A stretch of 62,727 nt of DNA, filler included, from Kipferlia bialata (Eukaryota): assembly GCA_003568945.1 (NCBI GenBank). It is 4 parts of 4 records of this genome, joined end to end, with 100 filler letters (N's around TTAATTAATTAA, not from the genome) between each part and the next. Parts side by side here need not be neighbours in the genome. Positions count along the whole stretch, not along the records: positions 1 to 24,700 come from BDIP01000220.1; 3 more parts are not named here. One strand, written 5' to 3'. A model generated the notes under the pieces. That model did no database searches and had not been told where the DNA came from. It saw nothing but the letters and a program-made list of their open reading frames with translations. A program made the translations under genes and the position numbers. Below, one piece after another: positions 1-12,539 of this stretch (the first letter of the stretch is position 1; each line of letters starts with the position of its first letter).

Positions 1-105
1 GAGGCTGAGAGACTTGAGGCTGAGAGGCTTGAGGCTGAGAGACTTGAGGCTGAGAAGCTTGAGGCTGACAGACTAGAGGCTGAGAGGCTTGAGGCTGAGA
101 GAGTA
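1..105 (+). repeat. 15-nt coding tandem repeat, 7 units (EAERL)
   Basis: gaggctgagagactt / gaggctgagaggctt units seen directly. Confidence 0.9.
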
Positions 106-3100
106 GAGGCGGATGATGATGATGATGATCAGAGCTTTGTCGTGGGATTCACCCCATCAGGAGCAGGGCCAACGGATAGTGACCCAGACGGTCTGGAGGG
201 TACTCTGTCCAAGGTCGATAGTGGTGCCCACGCCACAGAGGTGATGGACAGTGTGGGCACTAGCAGTCTCCCTGTGCCAGTGCCACTACCTTTACCATAT
301 ATAGAGCAGCACCAGGCAGAGCCGTCCTCGGAGAGTGAGTCTGGTCTCTACACAGAGACAGAGACAGACGGGGAAGAGGAGGTGCTCGAAGCACCTGAGA
401 CTATCCATGTGGTCCCATCAAGACGTGCCAGGAAGGCAGCCAGGGCCGCCCTCACCCCTGTCACCCCCATGCTCCTACCCCCTGCCCCACCCACCACTCT
501 AGCTGGGTGTGTGATGGTATTCACTGGTGTGCTGCCTGGTGTATCGAGGGACAGGGCTGTGCACTACGTCAAGGAACTGGGGGCAACTGTGAAGAGAAGG
601 GTCTCTAGTAGTGTGACACATGTTGTAGTGGGTGCAGTGCCTGGGCCTGACAAGGTGAACAAGGCAAGGCTGGTGGGGGTGCCCTTCCTAGATACAGAGG
701 GTCTACTCTCACTAGTGGCAGAGAGGGTGCGTGTGCTGAGTAAAGTACGCACAAAGGATGGTACTGCTGATGACGATGGTGTGGTAGACACAGGGATTAC
801 CACTCAGAGTCTAGATCAGATGGAGTCCCCTACTCCTCTTGACCGTACAGTCCAGCCACAGGAGCACCCGACACCCCAGAGGGCGTCCCCTGCCTCCCCT
901 CTTCCTACCCCTGTCAATCGTGTAGATACCCCTGTCAATCGCGTAGATGACAGTGAGGGGTATGTGCAGTCTGTACTCATGCTGGGCACAGAGGAAGGGG
1001 AGACAGTTACCAGCCAAGCTAACCTCGCCAGTGGTATGGCCCCAGTCGCAGCTGTTGCAGGAGCTACTCTCGCAGGAGCCTCCTCCTCTTCCAAGGGTCC
1101 AGCGCCAGTCTCTGCATCCGGTCCAGACACAGTGGTGCGCACAGTTGCTAAGGGTGTAGTAGGACAGGTGACAGAGGAGGAGTGCTCTCAGTCAGAGTCC
1201 TCTCTGATTCACGGGTCACCCCTGTCGCCATACCTACACCCCATAGGTGGTGACCACACATCACACACTGTAGACCCTCTAGTCCCTCTCGACACCCACC
1301 CTGACAGTCCCATCCTAGTACATGCCATGCCCCAGGTCCAGACAGCCAGGTCCCAGCCACCCAGTGCCACCCTAGGGCCTTCTGATGCATCACCTTCTAT
1401 ACCCACGGCTCCGGTAGATGTGGACAAGACTGCTACCAAGGGAAATCCCGGTGAGTATGCCACTCCCTCCTTCATCTTCAGCCGTACAGTGTACGTTCAG
1501 CGTGACCTCGAGTTACGCACCGAGTTGGTGCAGTCTGTGGCCTCCCTAGGGGGCATTCTGGTGACTGACCCCTCAGATGCAGTGTATGTCGTGACAGACA
1601 ACCCTAGGCCTATACACAGAGCAGACCAGGTATATATAGTCTACCTTTAAACTGTCTGGTATAATTATACGTGGCGTCTCCGCTTAATCCCTCTCATATA
1701 GGTGGTTATGCTCCCAGAGGCCTTCGGCGCCTTATGTCGTGCTGTACTCCAGACAGATAGTCTCCCTGAGGTGTCTGTATCAGAGGCCTCCTCGTCAGAG
1801 GGCGAGAGAGAGACAGAGGCATCTGTGGCAGAGGGTGGATCAGAGCAAGACTCACCAGCTGTGCCTATGTATAGGGAGGGAGAGTCCACAGTGCAGGAGA
1901 TGAAGTCCACAGGCAGCCTAGACACACCTGGGATAGGGGCACCGGAGGAGAGAGAGAGAGAGAGGGAGGGCTCTGACACTGCCATCCCCCTCTCCAAGAC
2001 TGTCTCTCCCTCTGAGGATAGCTGCATACAGGGTGCTACACCCTCTGTCACCCTCAGAGTCTCTGGTCTCCCTGTCAGTAGGGGTAGAGTGGAGATTGGC
2101 ATACTACCCTATGCCCAGACTGAGAGTGTGCTGGAGGTGGCATACCTAGCACCCTCTGGGGAGGATTGTACTGGGGCACCACCCCCTGGCTCATGCACTC
2201 ACCAGTCCGTGTACAGAGGGGTCAGACAGGTAGGAGCAGTACCATCGCATTTATATACATCAATACTGCAGCTGATTCTGGGTGCAGAGGTAGTATAGTT
2301 AAGTACATTATTTCTTTAGTAAGCTTACATGCCAGGTCAGATTCAACCTCCAGCTTGCCCATGTAGGGAGGAGTCTGGCCCTCAGGCTGTACCAGCCAAA
2401 CATCAGTGGGGCACCTCGATCACCACCCACTACATTCGACAGGTCACTGTACAGGTAAGACTCACTTGTAGATACTATATACTTATAATGTGTACTGGTG
2501 TGTGTCCATAGTGTGGGTATTGGCCCTTACCCCCAGGTGTGTGGCCACTGCCTCCTGTGGCCCCATCTCCCTCTCCCCCAGTGTGGCTGCCTCTGTCAAC
2601 AAGTACCTCAGGAGGGGCAGCTGTGCCTTTGAGGCATCCAGTCTCATGGGCAGTGCATTCACTATACACGTCAACAGGTGGGGGGTCTCCTACATATAGG
2701 GACTATGTCATGTATATTTCCCATGTTGAGTGACACACTGTATAGACGTTCTGTTTAGCTCTCATTCTTACTCGATAGACAGCGTGTCAAGGTCAAGTCC
2801 GACCAACGGGTACTGGTTGCCAAGGGGTCATTCTCAAACGTCTCTGTCGCATTGTTGCCAGGTACTCCTGCATCCATATATACATCTGGATGCATTGGAG
2901 ATCACACATCCAGTGCATTTGTCAGTAAATCCTACCATGCTACCATCCGCCGAGAATATGTATATGTATATATATGTGTGTGTATGTGTGTGTATCCATC
3001 TGACCCCCCAGGCATCCGCCCTGTGCGTCGTGCCATGCTGCTCCATGTGTCAGGCACCCACCTCAAGCTGATGTTTGGCACGGAGGACATGCGGGACCTG

Positions 3101-3208
3101 CTCTTCCTGCTCATCCAGTGCCGCAAACAGGGTGTACAGTGCTCGACTGACATACCGACTGTGAGGGCCATGATACAGGGTGGGGAGGACAGTACTATAG
3201 GGGTCTGA
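1..3208 (+). CDS. BRCT-domain protein with N-terminal (EAERL)n repeat and C-terminal Ig/PH-like module; 5'-partial, about 6 exons
   Basis: Frame 1 is open from base 1. LAGCVMVFTGVLPGVSRDRA...LGATVKRRVSSSVTHVVVGAVPGPDKVNKARLVGVPFLD is a DNA-ligase/RFC1-type BRCT. A second BRCT-like segment lies near 1470-1740. GT-AG introns join in frame to TGA at 3206-3208. Confidence 0.75.
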
Positions 3209-3624
3209 GACTCATCACATGCTACCAGATACAGCCATTAGTTGGCTGGGATACCACCAATATATGCAATGTGTTGGCCGTTGTTGGACAGTCAATATTA
3301 CTATATAGTGACACGACAGTGTTGTTGTCGTGAAATGCAGTATATCCCACCCAATTGCAAGCATAGTATAATGTGTATCACGCCAAGGTAATGATGATTG
3401 TCAACCACAACCATCTATTGAACAGTTCATCATGGCGATGGACTGATGAATGATACCATCCAAGTTACAATACAATGCCTTCCGGTCTCCTTCCTCGGGA
3501 CAAGACCAGATGCCAAATGAGAGTACACGTGTCTTCTCTCCTACCAGAAGTCTCAACGAGAGAACACATGCCTCTCTACTCTCCCAACAGAAGAGTCTAC
3601 TAGATCCCTGTGCAAGGTCCCACC

Positions 3625-4826
3625 TTACAGAGTGATGCATCTGACCCTGCTCCAGTCCTCACCGTTGGCAGGCCAGATCCAGATGGCTGGAGGTGAGACG
3701 TGACGGTGTATAGAGACTCACGTATACATACATGTATACTTGGGTCTATATGTACTCAAGTGTGATACGTTATGCATATACCGTACCCTCTACTGTGCAT
3801 GTGGGGTACTTCTCCTTGAGGTATGCCTTGGCACGCAGGAGCTGCACCTTCTGCAGGGTGAGATATTGAGATAGAGATATTGAGTATATATAGAGAGAGA
3901 GAGTACATATAGATGAATAGAGAGAGATATGTCCAAACCTGCTTGTCGTCCTCCACGACATTGCCTGCACAGTCGGGGTGGGCAGTCACGTTGATGACCC
4001 TGGGAGTGAGATGAGAGAGAGTAGTAAAGAGACCAAAGACGACCCAGTCAATTAGATGTAAGCTGATTAGTAATGCCTACTGATTCACTTGTTGCCGTGG
4101 TAGTGGACACCATAGGCTTCCTGGTATATGACTTTCAGGTGTAAAGAGAGTATTGAATCACTCATCCACTCACTTGCTGCCGTGGTGGTGGACACTGATG
4201 TCGACACGGGCCATCATGTTGGTGAAGGTGTCACTGGGGTGAGACAGAGAGAGGTCATGGTTTATGCAATGTTTACAACAGGGGAGAGGTAGTTGAGAGA
4301 GAGAAATGAGCACCCACCGGTCTGTCTGTGGGGCGTCCTCCGGCATGTTGAAGTAGCGGACAGGGCCGGCCTCGGTGATCTGGTCGATGAAGGCACACTG
4401 AGGGTGAGAAGAGAGAGAGGGAAGACAAAAGGGAGGTGAGGTGAAGAGAAGGCAGGGTCACATACGTTGTAGGTGGACCTCATGTGGTTCACAAGGGGCA
4501 GCTGGACCCTGGGGTGAGCAAGAAGGTGAGCACGGAGGTGAACGTCTCGGATAAACACGTCTCCAAATCTATATAGCACAGACGGTTCACTGATAAGCTT
4601 ACCTAAACGCACCAGAAGCCTCGATCTCAGCCATATTAATATCATGTTGCACAATACAACATGAAGAATGCAGATGATCACCCCAATCCTGCCAAAATTC
4701 CACAAATACCTGAGAATACCAAATTCTACACACGTACCTTCCGTCCATACAGTTGATTCCAGTGGCAAATCCCTCAGCTGGTGCCTGAATATCAGTGTGA
4801 ATACGTGTGAAGGAGAGAACAACCAT
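3625..4826 (-). CDS. Small prokaryote-type putative carbonic anhydrase (beta-CA-like CxDGR...HxDC family), about 141 aa, 8 exons
   Basis: Spliced: MAPAEGFATGINCMDGRVQLPLVNHMRSTYNCAFIDQITEAGPVRYF...MMARVDISVHHHGSKVINVTAHPDCAGNVVEDDKQKVQLLRAKAYLKEKYPTCTVEAIWIWPANGEDWSRVRCITL*. All intron phases are consistent. Candidate Zn ligands Cys, His and Cys are present. Confidence 0.8.
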
Positions 4827-5208
4827 TATATGCGTGCAACTTCATATATTACGGAGAACATATCTGACACTCAAATCTGACTCTCAAATTGCATAGTGAA
4901 AAAGATCCCTGGTAGAAACTCGTACCGCAGCTACTGGAACGGGGTTAGACATCTTGCTAGTGTCTGTGCAACCGAAGAAACCTGGCATACTTGACTGGAA
5001 ATGTACTATATCACTGAGAGAAGGCTGAGAGATCCAATTCGAATCAATTTGTTTCAAGGACAAAAACAATAAGGGTGTAGATACCCAGTCATTGACATCC
5101 ATGATGACCCTACACTTCTTTCCACACTAGGTCCAGGTCTCTGTCTTCTTTGACTGACTGTGGTACCTCTAGCGGGTGGAGCAACCCCACCCCAGCTAGT
5201 GTGTGTGT

Positions 5209-5580
5209 ATGTCTGTCTCTGACGACTACTCTACCGAGGAGGATGTGTCTCTGACTGAGGACCCTTCGATTGAGATACAGGTGGTGTCCACACCGGCACG
5301 CAGCCTGAGCCGGTCCCACTCCCTAACGCATGTAGCTGCAAAGGAGACACCACCCATTGCGGCTCTCAGCCCCCGCAGTCCCGGCAGCCCTGGGCGTGGA
5401 CTGGCCCACTCTTCCTCACTCAGCAGAGGCCTCTCTCAGTCTGGGTCACTGAGGAGCCTCTCCCTCTCCCGGGTGATGTCCTCCCCCCACATATGGACCC
5501 TGGACATGCAGGACCCCCCTCTCTCTGAGTTGGAAGGGGTTGAACTGATGGGGGCATGTCATCGGATAGTGGCAGTCACG
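5209..5580 (+). CDS. First exon of a Ser-rich hypothetical protein; continuation not found
   Basis: ATG at 5209, open to a phase-0 donor gtatgt at 5581. The next exon beyond the poly-C run is out of phase. Confidence 0.5.
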
Positions 5581-5693
5581 GTATGTCATGTGTATATATG
5601 CAATACCAACATGTTTGCATCTGTCCTAGGAGTGTAGCAATAGCGTTGTCAATGGTTATTTAGCGCTCTTGTCATATCAATCTGTCACTTGAA

Positions 5694-5776
5694 CCCCCCC
5701 CCCCCCCCCCCCCCCCCCCCTCTTCTCCTTTTTTTTTTTTTTGTTTTATTTTTTCTCCCCCCCCCCCCCCCCCCCC
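5694..5776. repeat. Poly-C/poly-T low-complexity run, suspected misjoin
   Basis: Homopolymers seen directly; exon phase breaks across the run. Confidence 0.8.
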
Positions 5777-5892
5777 TTCTTCTCCCTATTCTCCCCCTAT
5801 TCATAGGCCTAAGCCCTCCCCCACCCTACTATATGCCGCTAGGGCAGACTCTCTCTCTCTCTATCTATCTACCCCCCCCCCCTCACTCCCAG

Positions 5893-6462
5893 GCCCAAGC
5901 CCTCCTCCGCCCTCCTAGATGCAGCAAGGGCTGAGTTCCAGAGGGAGTGCGAGGAGAGGAACATAGGGACACCCAGCAAGAAGGAGACAGAGAGGGTAGA
6001 TGGTGGTTGGGATGGAGAGGCTGGTGCCACCCCAGAGGTAGACAGTGCATATGCCTCCTCTGCCTCCCCCTCTGCCCCACCTCCCGTTGCTCTCCCTCTC
6101 TCTCTCTCTCTCTCCATCGAGGGAGAGCGTGATGTGCCAGAGTACCCTGAGGGAGAGTCCTCTCTCTCGAAGAGGAGGTACAATATACCCTAGATACATT
6201 ATTTATGTTTTCTATATACTCTATATATACTAACCTGTAGGAGACCCACCGCTCTGTTCCTGTCCTCCACTATATCAATGTACTATATTCACAATATATA
6301 TACTAGATACCCAATATTCATGCTACGCTATATTCTGTGCATTCTAACCAGCAGGAGACCCACCGCTCTGTTCCTGTCATCCACTGAGTCTCCCGGGCGC
6401 TTCTCCACATCGCCATCCAGGGGGAGCCACTTCTCACCCTCACCCACACTCAGCTCGGCTAG
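5893..6462 (+). CDS. Two internal exons of a low-complexity hypothetical protein, flanked by poly-C runs
   Basis: Exons 5893-6177 and 6354-6462 join in phase 2 (PKPSSALLDAARAEFQ...RRPTALFLSSTESPG) but do not join either neighbour. Confidence 0.45.
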
Positions 6463-6467
6463 GTATG

Positions 6468-6498
<31 letters not shown>

Positions 6499-6547
6499 AC
6501 TTCTCACCCTCACCCACACTCAGTTCGGCTAGGTATGTTTGTGTGTA

Positions 6548-6570
6548 CCCCCCCCCCCCCCCCCCCCCCC
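6548..6570. repeat. Poly-C run, suspected misjoin
   Basis: 23 C; a phase-2 donor is followed by a phase-0 exon. Confidence 0.8.
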
Positions 6571-6646
6571 ACTTTTCCCGCGTTCCTTGTTTTGTCTTAC
6601 TCTCTCTCTCTCTCTCTCTCTTCCAATGTCTCTCTCTACCCCCCAG

Positions 6647-9600
6647 ATTGCTGGTAACCCAGTCTCCATCCTGTTGAGTGGGCCTCCATCCTGTGGCAAG
6701 ACAACCCTCGCTAGGTATATATACAGTTGTATTTATATATATATATATATATGTGTGGGTGGGTGTGGGTGTGTATGTAAGGTATATATAGGTATTTAGG
6801 TATGTATATATCCTGTTGAGTGGGCCTCCATCGTGTGCAATATTATAAGACAACCCTTGCCAGGTGTGGATGGATATTTCTTACCTGGATACTAGTGTGT
6901 CCCCTATACTCACCCAGGCTATTCATATGTATGTGTATTACTTCTCTCGTATACACACTCACCCCCCAGGCTCTATGTGTCCATGCTGGAGCTGGTGTCA
7001 CCGGGGGCAGATGTGCAGGTATAGTAGTATACTGATATATATACCTTTGTGAGTATATATATGCGAAAAAGTATTCATATATATATTTGTATATATACAT
7101 ATACTGGTGCAAGTGTCACCTGGGACAGGTGTGCAGGAGATGAGACATGAATGTATGAGGGTACAGGTGTATTTGTGTGTTCCCCTCCTTCACCTCTCAC
7201 ACCCCAGCTCTTTGATGAGGCCCACCGGCTGAGCAAAGTGAAGCAGACCAAGGTGAGTATGATATGCCACATTACACTCCATATGTCATGTGTACTATGC
7301 GATGAGTTATACCAAGAACATCACACTATATTGAGCAAAGTGAGGCAGACCAAGGTACATTAGAGTGGAGTATATATATATAGAGTATATAGTATATATA
7401 TCTATTCATTGACTAATGTATATATTTGTGCTATGAGGTATATAGTGAAGCACTCACAGCCAGCTGACCAATCTGGTTGAGGCCGGTCACATCACTATTG
7501 TGCTATGCACCACAGAGCCTAGGAAGCTGGGGGAGAGGTAAGAGGATATAGTAGTATATATATTATTAGTAGTTGACTATGTTTATATGTGTAGTATCAG
7601 ACAGTTGTGCTATGTGCCACAGAGCCTAGGAAGCTGGGGGAGAGGTGGGTATCTGTATATGTCCAGTGGTAGTGTATATAGATAGAGAGTGTCTGGAAGC
7701 AATGCAACACACTGTTCTGATCACATTACAAGGAGTACCTACTGTAGATATGTACATCCCCTCACCCCCAGCCTCATCCACTGCTGCACCCACTTCCCGA
7801 TGGAGGCACCCACGCCCAAGGATACACTAGGTACATTGATATATAATGTATATGTACAGAGAGTATATAGTGTAAGGGGTAAAGTGTCTTATCATCTATA
7901 TATGTCGTATACCCACTTCCCGATGGAGGCACCCACGCCCAAGGATACACTAGGTGTGTATACACGTAGTATATACATAGTATATATGGTGTAGTATTGT
8001 GACGGACATTTATCAGTGTACCACACACCTATGTTGTGTAAATGGAGTCGTGTTGAGATACTCCCTATCTCATAGAGATCCAGATATGTGCTGCTATATC
8101 AAGTAAGGTGTATCTATATATATACATACATATATATATATCTGTGTGTATATATACACAAATTGAAATGGCCCCTAACTCATAGAGATCCTGATCCGTG
8201 CTGCCTCTATCCTCCAGACTGAGGGTGTGCAGACAGAGGACACCACCACCACAGCTGCACCCACTAGGGAGGGGGATGCCAACAGCCATACTCTGTTGAC
8301 TAAGGTGTGTGTATATATATATAGTATATTTACAGTTAGAGTATATGATCTATTAGGTGTCAGTAGCCATACTCTCTTGACTAAGTTATGTGTATATGTG
8401 CACCCATGTATACTGCTTAACAGACTGTAGCACTCATATTGTTGTTATACAATACTTATTATTACTATCCCAGTAGATGGCGGCAGGTGTTCGTACCTAT
8501 ATATTACTAAACTACTGTATAGTTTATACAGTGTACACATACTTATACTCGTATTGTGAATGGGTATTGTGTCAAGGCATATACTCCTCTCACCCACCAG
8601 ATGGAGCAAGGTATATATGTATGTATGCAGTGTGAGCACAGTGTTTTTGGTATATATGCGCAAGTGTATGCTCCACTCACCCCTCAGATGGAGCAAGGTG
8701 GTCGCACCGAGCCCCTCACTCACACCCCCTGTCTACCACCCCTGCCACCCAGGGTCATCGCATCACTCGCTATGCTGCCCCCACGGTGAGTGAATATATA
8801 TGCATCTACCTATATATGTGTGTACACGTTGGAAGTATTGAGTATAGTGTGAATGACTCTCTGTGTTGTCTCACCCTCAGAAAGGCCCTCCAGGCTCTCT
8901 ATAGGCATCACATAGCCAGGGCCACGGTTGGACCAGGTATGCTGTGTATACTATATATATATATATGTATGTTTAACCCACATACACTGTGTTGTTCGGT
9001 AGTAGTAGGACTTAGCCCTACGACTCTCTGACCCCTAGGTGGCAAGAGACCCCGGGTGGATGACATGGACACGGCATCCCTGGCAGGGTTTGTGAGGCAG
9101 AAGGTACACATATGCACATATGTATATACCTTCCCTGATAGCCATAGTAGAGAGAATCTGTATCTCTGGAAGGGTTTGTTAGACAGAAGGTGGGTAAAGC
9201 ATGGTATCTATATCCTTCTTTGTAGAAGGTGTGTAGGGAGTAGCACTAGTTCGTGTCTTGATAATAGTAAGCACTAGGTATTCTTATATTTTTGATACCA
9301 GAAATTGTTATAATTGTTCACTATTACATTGAGCATTTGGGAATCACCGTGGTATTACATATAGTGTTGTGTACAGTGCTGTTGTGTCCTTATGTCTAGG
9401 GTGAAATTGAGCACCACAGGGCTCGGCCTAGTCAACTAAAATTTAATGTTTACATGTATATGTGCGATATTACCACCAGGGTGAGATTGAGCACGACAGG
9501 GCCGGTGACCACCATTATGACGGTGCCAGTTGTCTGATCAAGAGCATGAGGGCATCGGACAGAGACGCAACGGCATTGTATGCAGCTAGGTATGGGTATG

Positions 9601-9850
9601 CATATATACACTTTCTTATGAGTAGTGATGTAGTAATTATATAGTTATACAATGTAGTAGCAAATAACAAATTTTTATATATATATATATCGCATCGTCA
9701 TTGTGTGTCGGTAGAAGTCTTCCCCATGTTCATTGTTCTCTGTATGTATGTACAGGATCATGCCCCCTCACCCCCCAGGATGATAGCCGGTAACGACACC
9801 CCAATGGTGTGTAGACGAGTAGGTACAGATGTATTCACATACACACACAC

Positions 9851-9881
<31 letters not shown>

Positions 9882-11708
9882 TATATACATATACTATACA
9901 AGTGACACCCCAATGGTGTGTAGACGAGTAGGTACAAATGTTTCCCTACGTATTTACCAATGTACACTATATTCATATTCGGGATGTGGGGACTGGCGAG
10001 TGTCATACATACAAGAATATACAGAATCCATTTGTAGATCTGTATATATTTATGTCAAGTGCGTTGTACTACACGTCCATGTATATTCTAACACCTTACC
10101 CCAGCCATCCACGCTGCTGAGGATGTGGGCACAGGTGACTGGCAGTGCATACAGAGGGTGGCAGCGATGACGGGAAGAGGAAAGAAGGTATATCCATAAG
10201 AGAATAGGCATCTATAGGATATGTGGGGAACGGACATGTGTATTAATTGTAGTACCTACACGCAGATATTCAGTATATGTGTTAAAATATATACTAATAC
10301 CCAGATCGATGCGTCCAACCCCCTCCTAGCCTTTGGGGCATGTCTAGAGGTCAGCACAGCGCCCAAGGCACACACAGTCATAGGTAGTGTATAGAGCATT
10401 TCTTGATATTTATATATATGAATAATTAATGTGTATGTCGGCCTAGTATTGTTTACAATCAATGTCTAGGTGTCAGCACAGCTCAAGGCACACACGGTGA
10501 TAGGTGTGAGTGCATGTGGCTTGATATTGTCTGCTTTTCTGTATCTCACCCACGTGTATACACATACCCGTATGCATACTTGTATGTATTCATAGTGACT
10601 TACACTTCATTCACTTTCTCATTGGTGTACATATATATACATATATTTAATACCTCATCCTAGACTATGCCTCTGGTGCCCGACTGGCTGTGTATACACA
10701 TACCCATATGCATATTTGTATATATGTATATATATCGTACTACATATACCTATATAGATAGCACTTACTCCAGACTATGCCTCTGGTGCCCGACTGGCTG
10801 TTGAGGACATATACACATTCTTAACATACTCATTGATATTCATGTATATATGTGTGTGCATGTATATTATCTCATCCCAGACTATACCTCCGGTGCCCGA
10901 CTGGCTGTTGAAGACATATACATATTCACATAATTATTGTCTATACACTAGATATATATGTACTATAATTATTGTCTTTCGTTATATGTTATATATGTAA
11001 TCTCATCCTAGACTATGCCTCCGGTGCCCGACTGGCCGTTGAGGACATATATATACATATTCACATAATAATTGGTGTCTTTCGATATATACATACATAT
11101 AATCTCCCACCCTAGACTATGCCTCTGGTGCCCGACTGACCGTTAATGACATATACACATTCACATACTCATTGTCGTCTTTCGATATATCTTATATATT
11201 CATATATGTGTAATATCCCACCCCCAGACTATGCCTCTGGTGCCCGACTGGCTGTAGAGGACTACCTGGCCCAGACCCACCCAGTCATACCCATAGGGGC
11301 ACTGATGCCTGTGGATATACAGGTAGATAGTATATAGTATATGTATTTACATATATATATATATTTATATACATATAGAGAGAGAGAGAGAGAGTATCTG
11401 GCCCAGACCCACCCAGTCATACCCATAGGGGCACTGATGCCAGTGGATATACAGGTATATATAGTGTATATATGTAGAGAGAGAGAGATCTTGATGATTG
11501 GATTACGAGTAAGGGTATTTGTAAGTTGTATACAAATAGTTCATTGTAATATATATAGTGTATGTATTGGTGTCTTATCCTAGGCAGACACTAAGGAGGA
11601 GAGAGAGAGGGAGAGAGACAACCTGATACCAGAAGGAGTGCCAGACTTCGAGATACCCCAGCTTCCATACAGGAGACCAGGAGCCCTGGGGTAGACACAT
11701 CCGAGTGA
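6647..11708 (+). CDS. WRNIP1: RarA/MgsA/WRNIP1-family AAA+ ATPase, divergent, 5'-partial
   Basis: Walker A SILLSGPPSCGKTTLAR; Walker B LFDEAHRLSK; LVEAGHITIVLCTTE; MgsA C-terminal signature HDRAGDHHYDGASCLIKSMRASDRDATALYAARMIAG...RRVAIHAAEDVG; stop TGA 11706-11708. Confidence 0.8.
10651..11260 (+). repeat. Six tandem copies of a 3' splice site plus exon start (ag|actatgcctctggtgcccgactggctgt), period about 105-130 nt
   Basis: Copies start at 10664, 10774, 10881, 11012, 11116 and 11228; only the last continues as a full exon. Confidence 0.9.
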
Positions 11709-12539
11709 TATGTGGGTATACTATGGATACACGTCTTGGGCGTACCATAGTATGTTGCCCATAGAGGGTTTTGGGTTAAGCATCTAGGTCTAGTAGTGGT
11801 ACTAGTAGTGGTCTGGCATGCATGGAGGGCCACCCTCTCTCTTGCTTAGAGCAGACTGTATGCAGCTAGTGCCAGATGGCCATCTCACCAGACCACTGGT
11901 GTTGCACTCCCTACACTGTTCTGAGGCTCGTTAGTGACAGAGGGTCATGGGTGTCACAGATCTTGGGACATGGACCAGTCCCTCCTACTGCCAATGCTAG
12001 CTGAGTCCCATACATCGATTCGTTTACTGTGTGTATCGATTCAGGGCCCACACTTGCCTCTTGCCTTGGGTGTACCACAGACCCTGAGGTACCTAACTCT
12101 GAGTAGGGTCATAGTGTTAAGGCGTGTGTGTGTATCGGGTGTCGATGCTCTGTCAGTAGGAGTGCCAATTACTGTGGTCTAACATGGTTTCATTGGGATT
12201 GGGCAATTGAATCGATGATATAGCACTCTAACCTCTGTTCTCTATACCCAGAAAGTGACATCGTTGGAATCGTGCAAATGCTCTATTCTATCAATAGACC
12301 ACTCAAACACAATATAATAATTTCGTGAATGTTCAATCAATCTTCGCACACTGTGTCACACAGTCTGTTAAGAACCGTCCTTTAAGAGAAGGTGTACTGC
12401 TGCAGACTGCATCCTGCAGTAACTGCACGACGGGTACATTAATCCATATATTTATCTAAGTACGAACGCCAATACATCTAGCTGCATCCAAAGGTGCTAC
12501 GCTGTGGTCTGTATTCGTCCCACTCTCATTTACTTCCAC

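Noticed and set aside
907..948. 21-nt direct repeat (TPVNRVD x2)
   Set aside because: Ordinary in-frame duplication in a disordered linker.
10651..11260. CRISPR-like look: ~30-nt repeats with ~80-nt spacers
   Set aside because: The repeats are the 5' end of a RarA exon with splice acceptors, the spacers are related TA-rich intron sequence, no cas genes are seen, and the context is eukaryotic.
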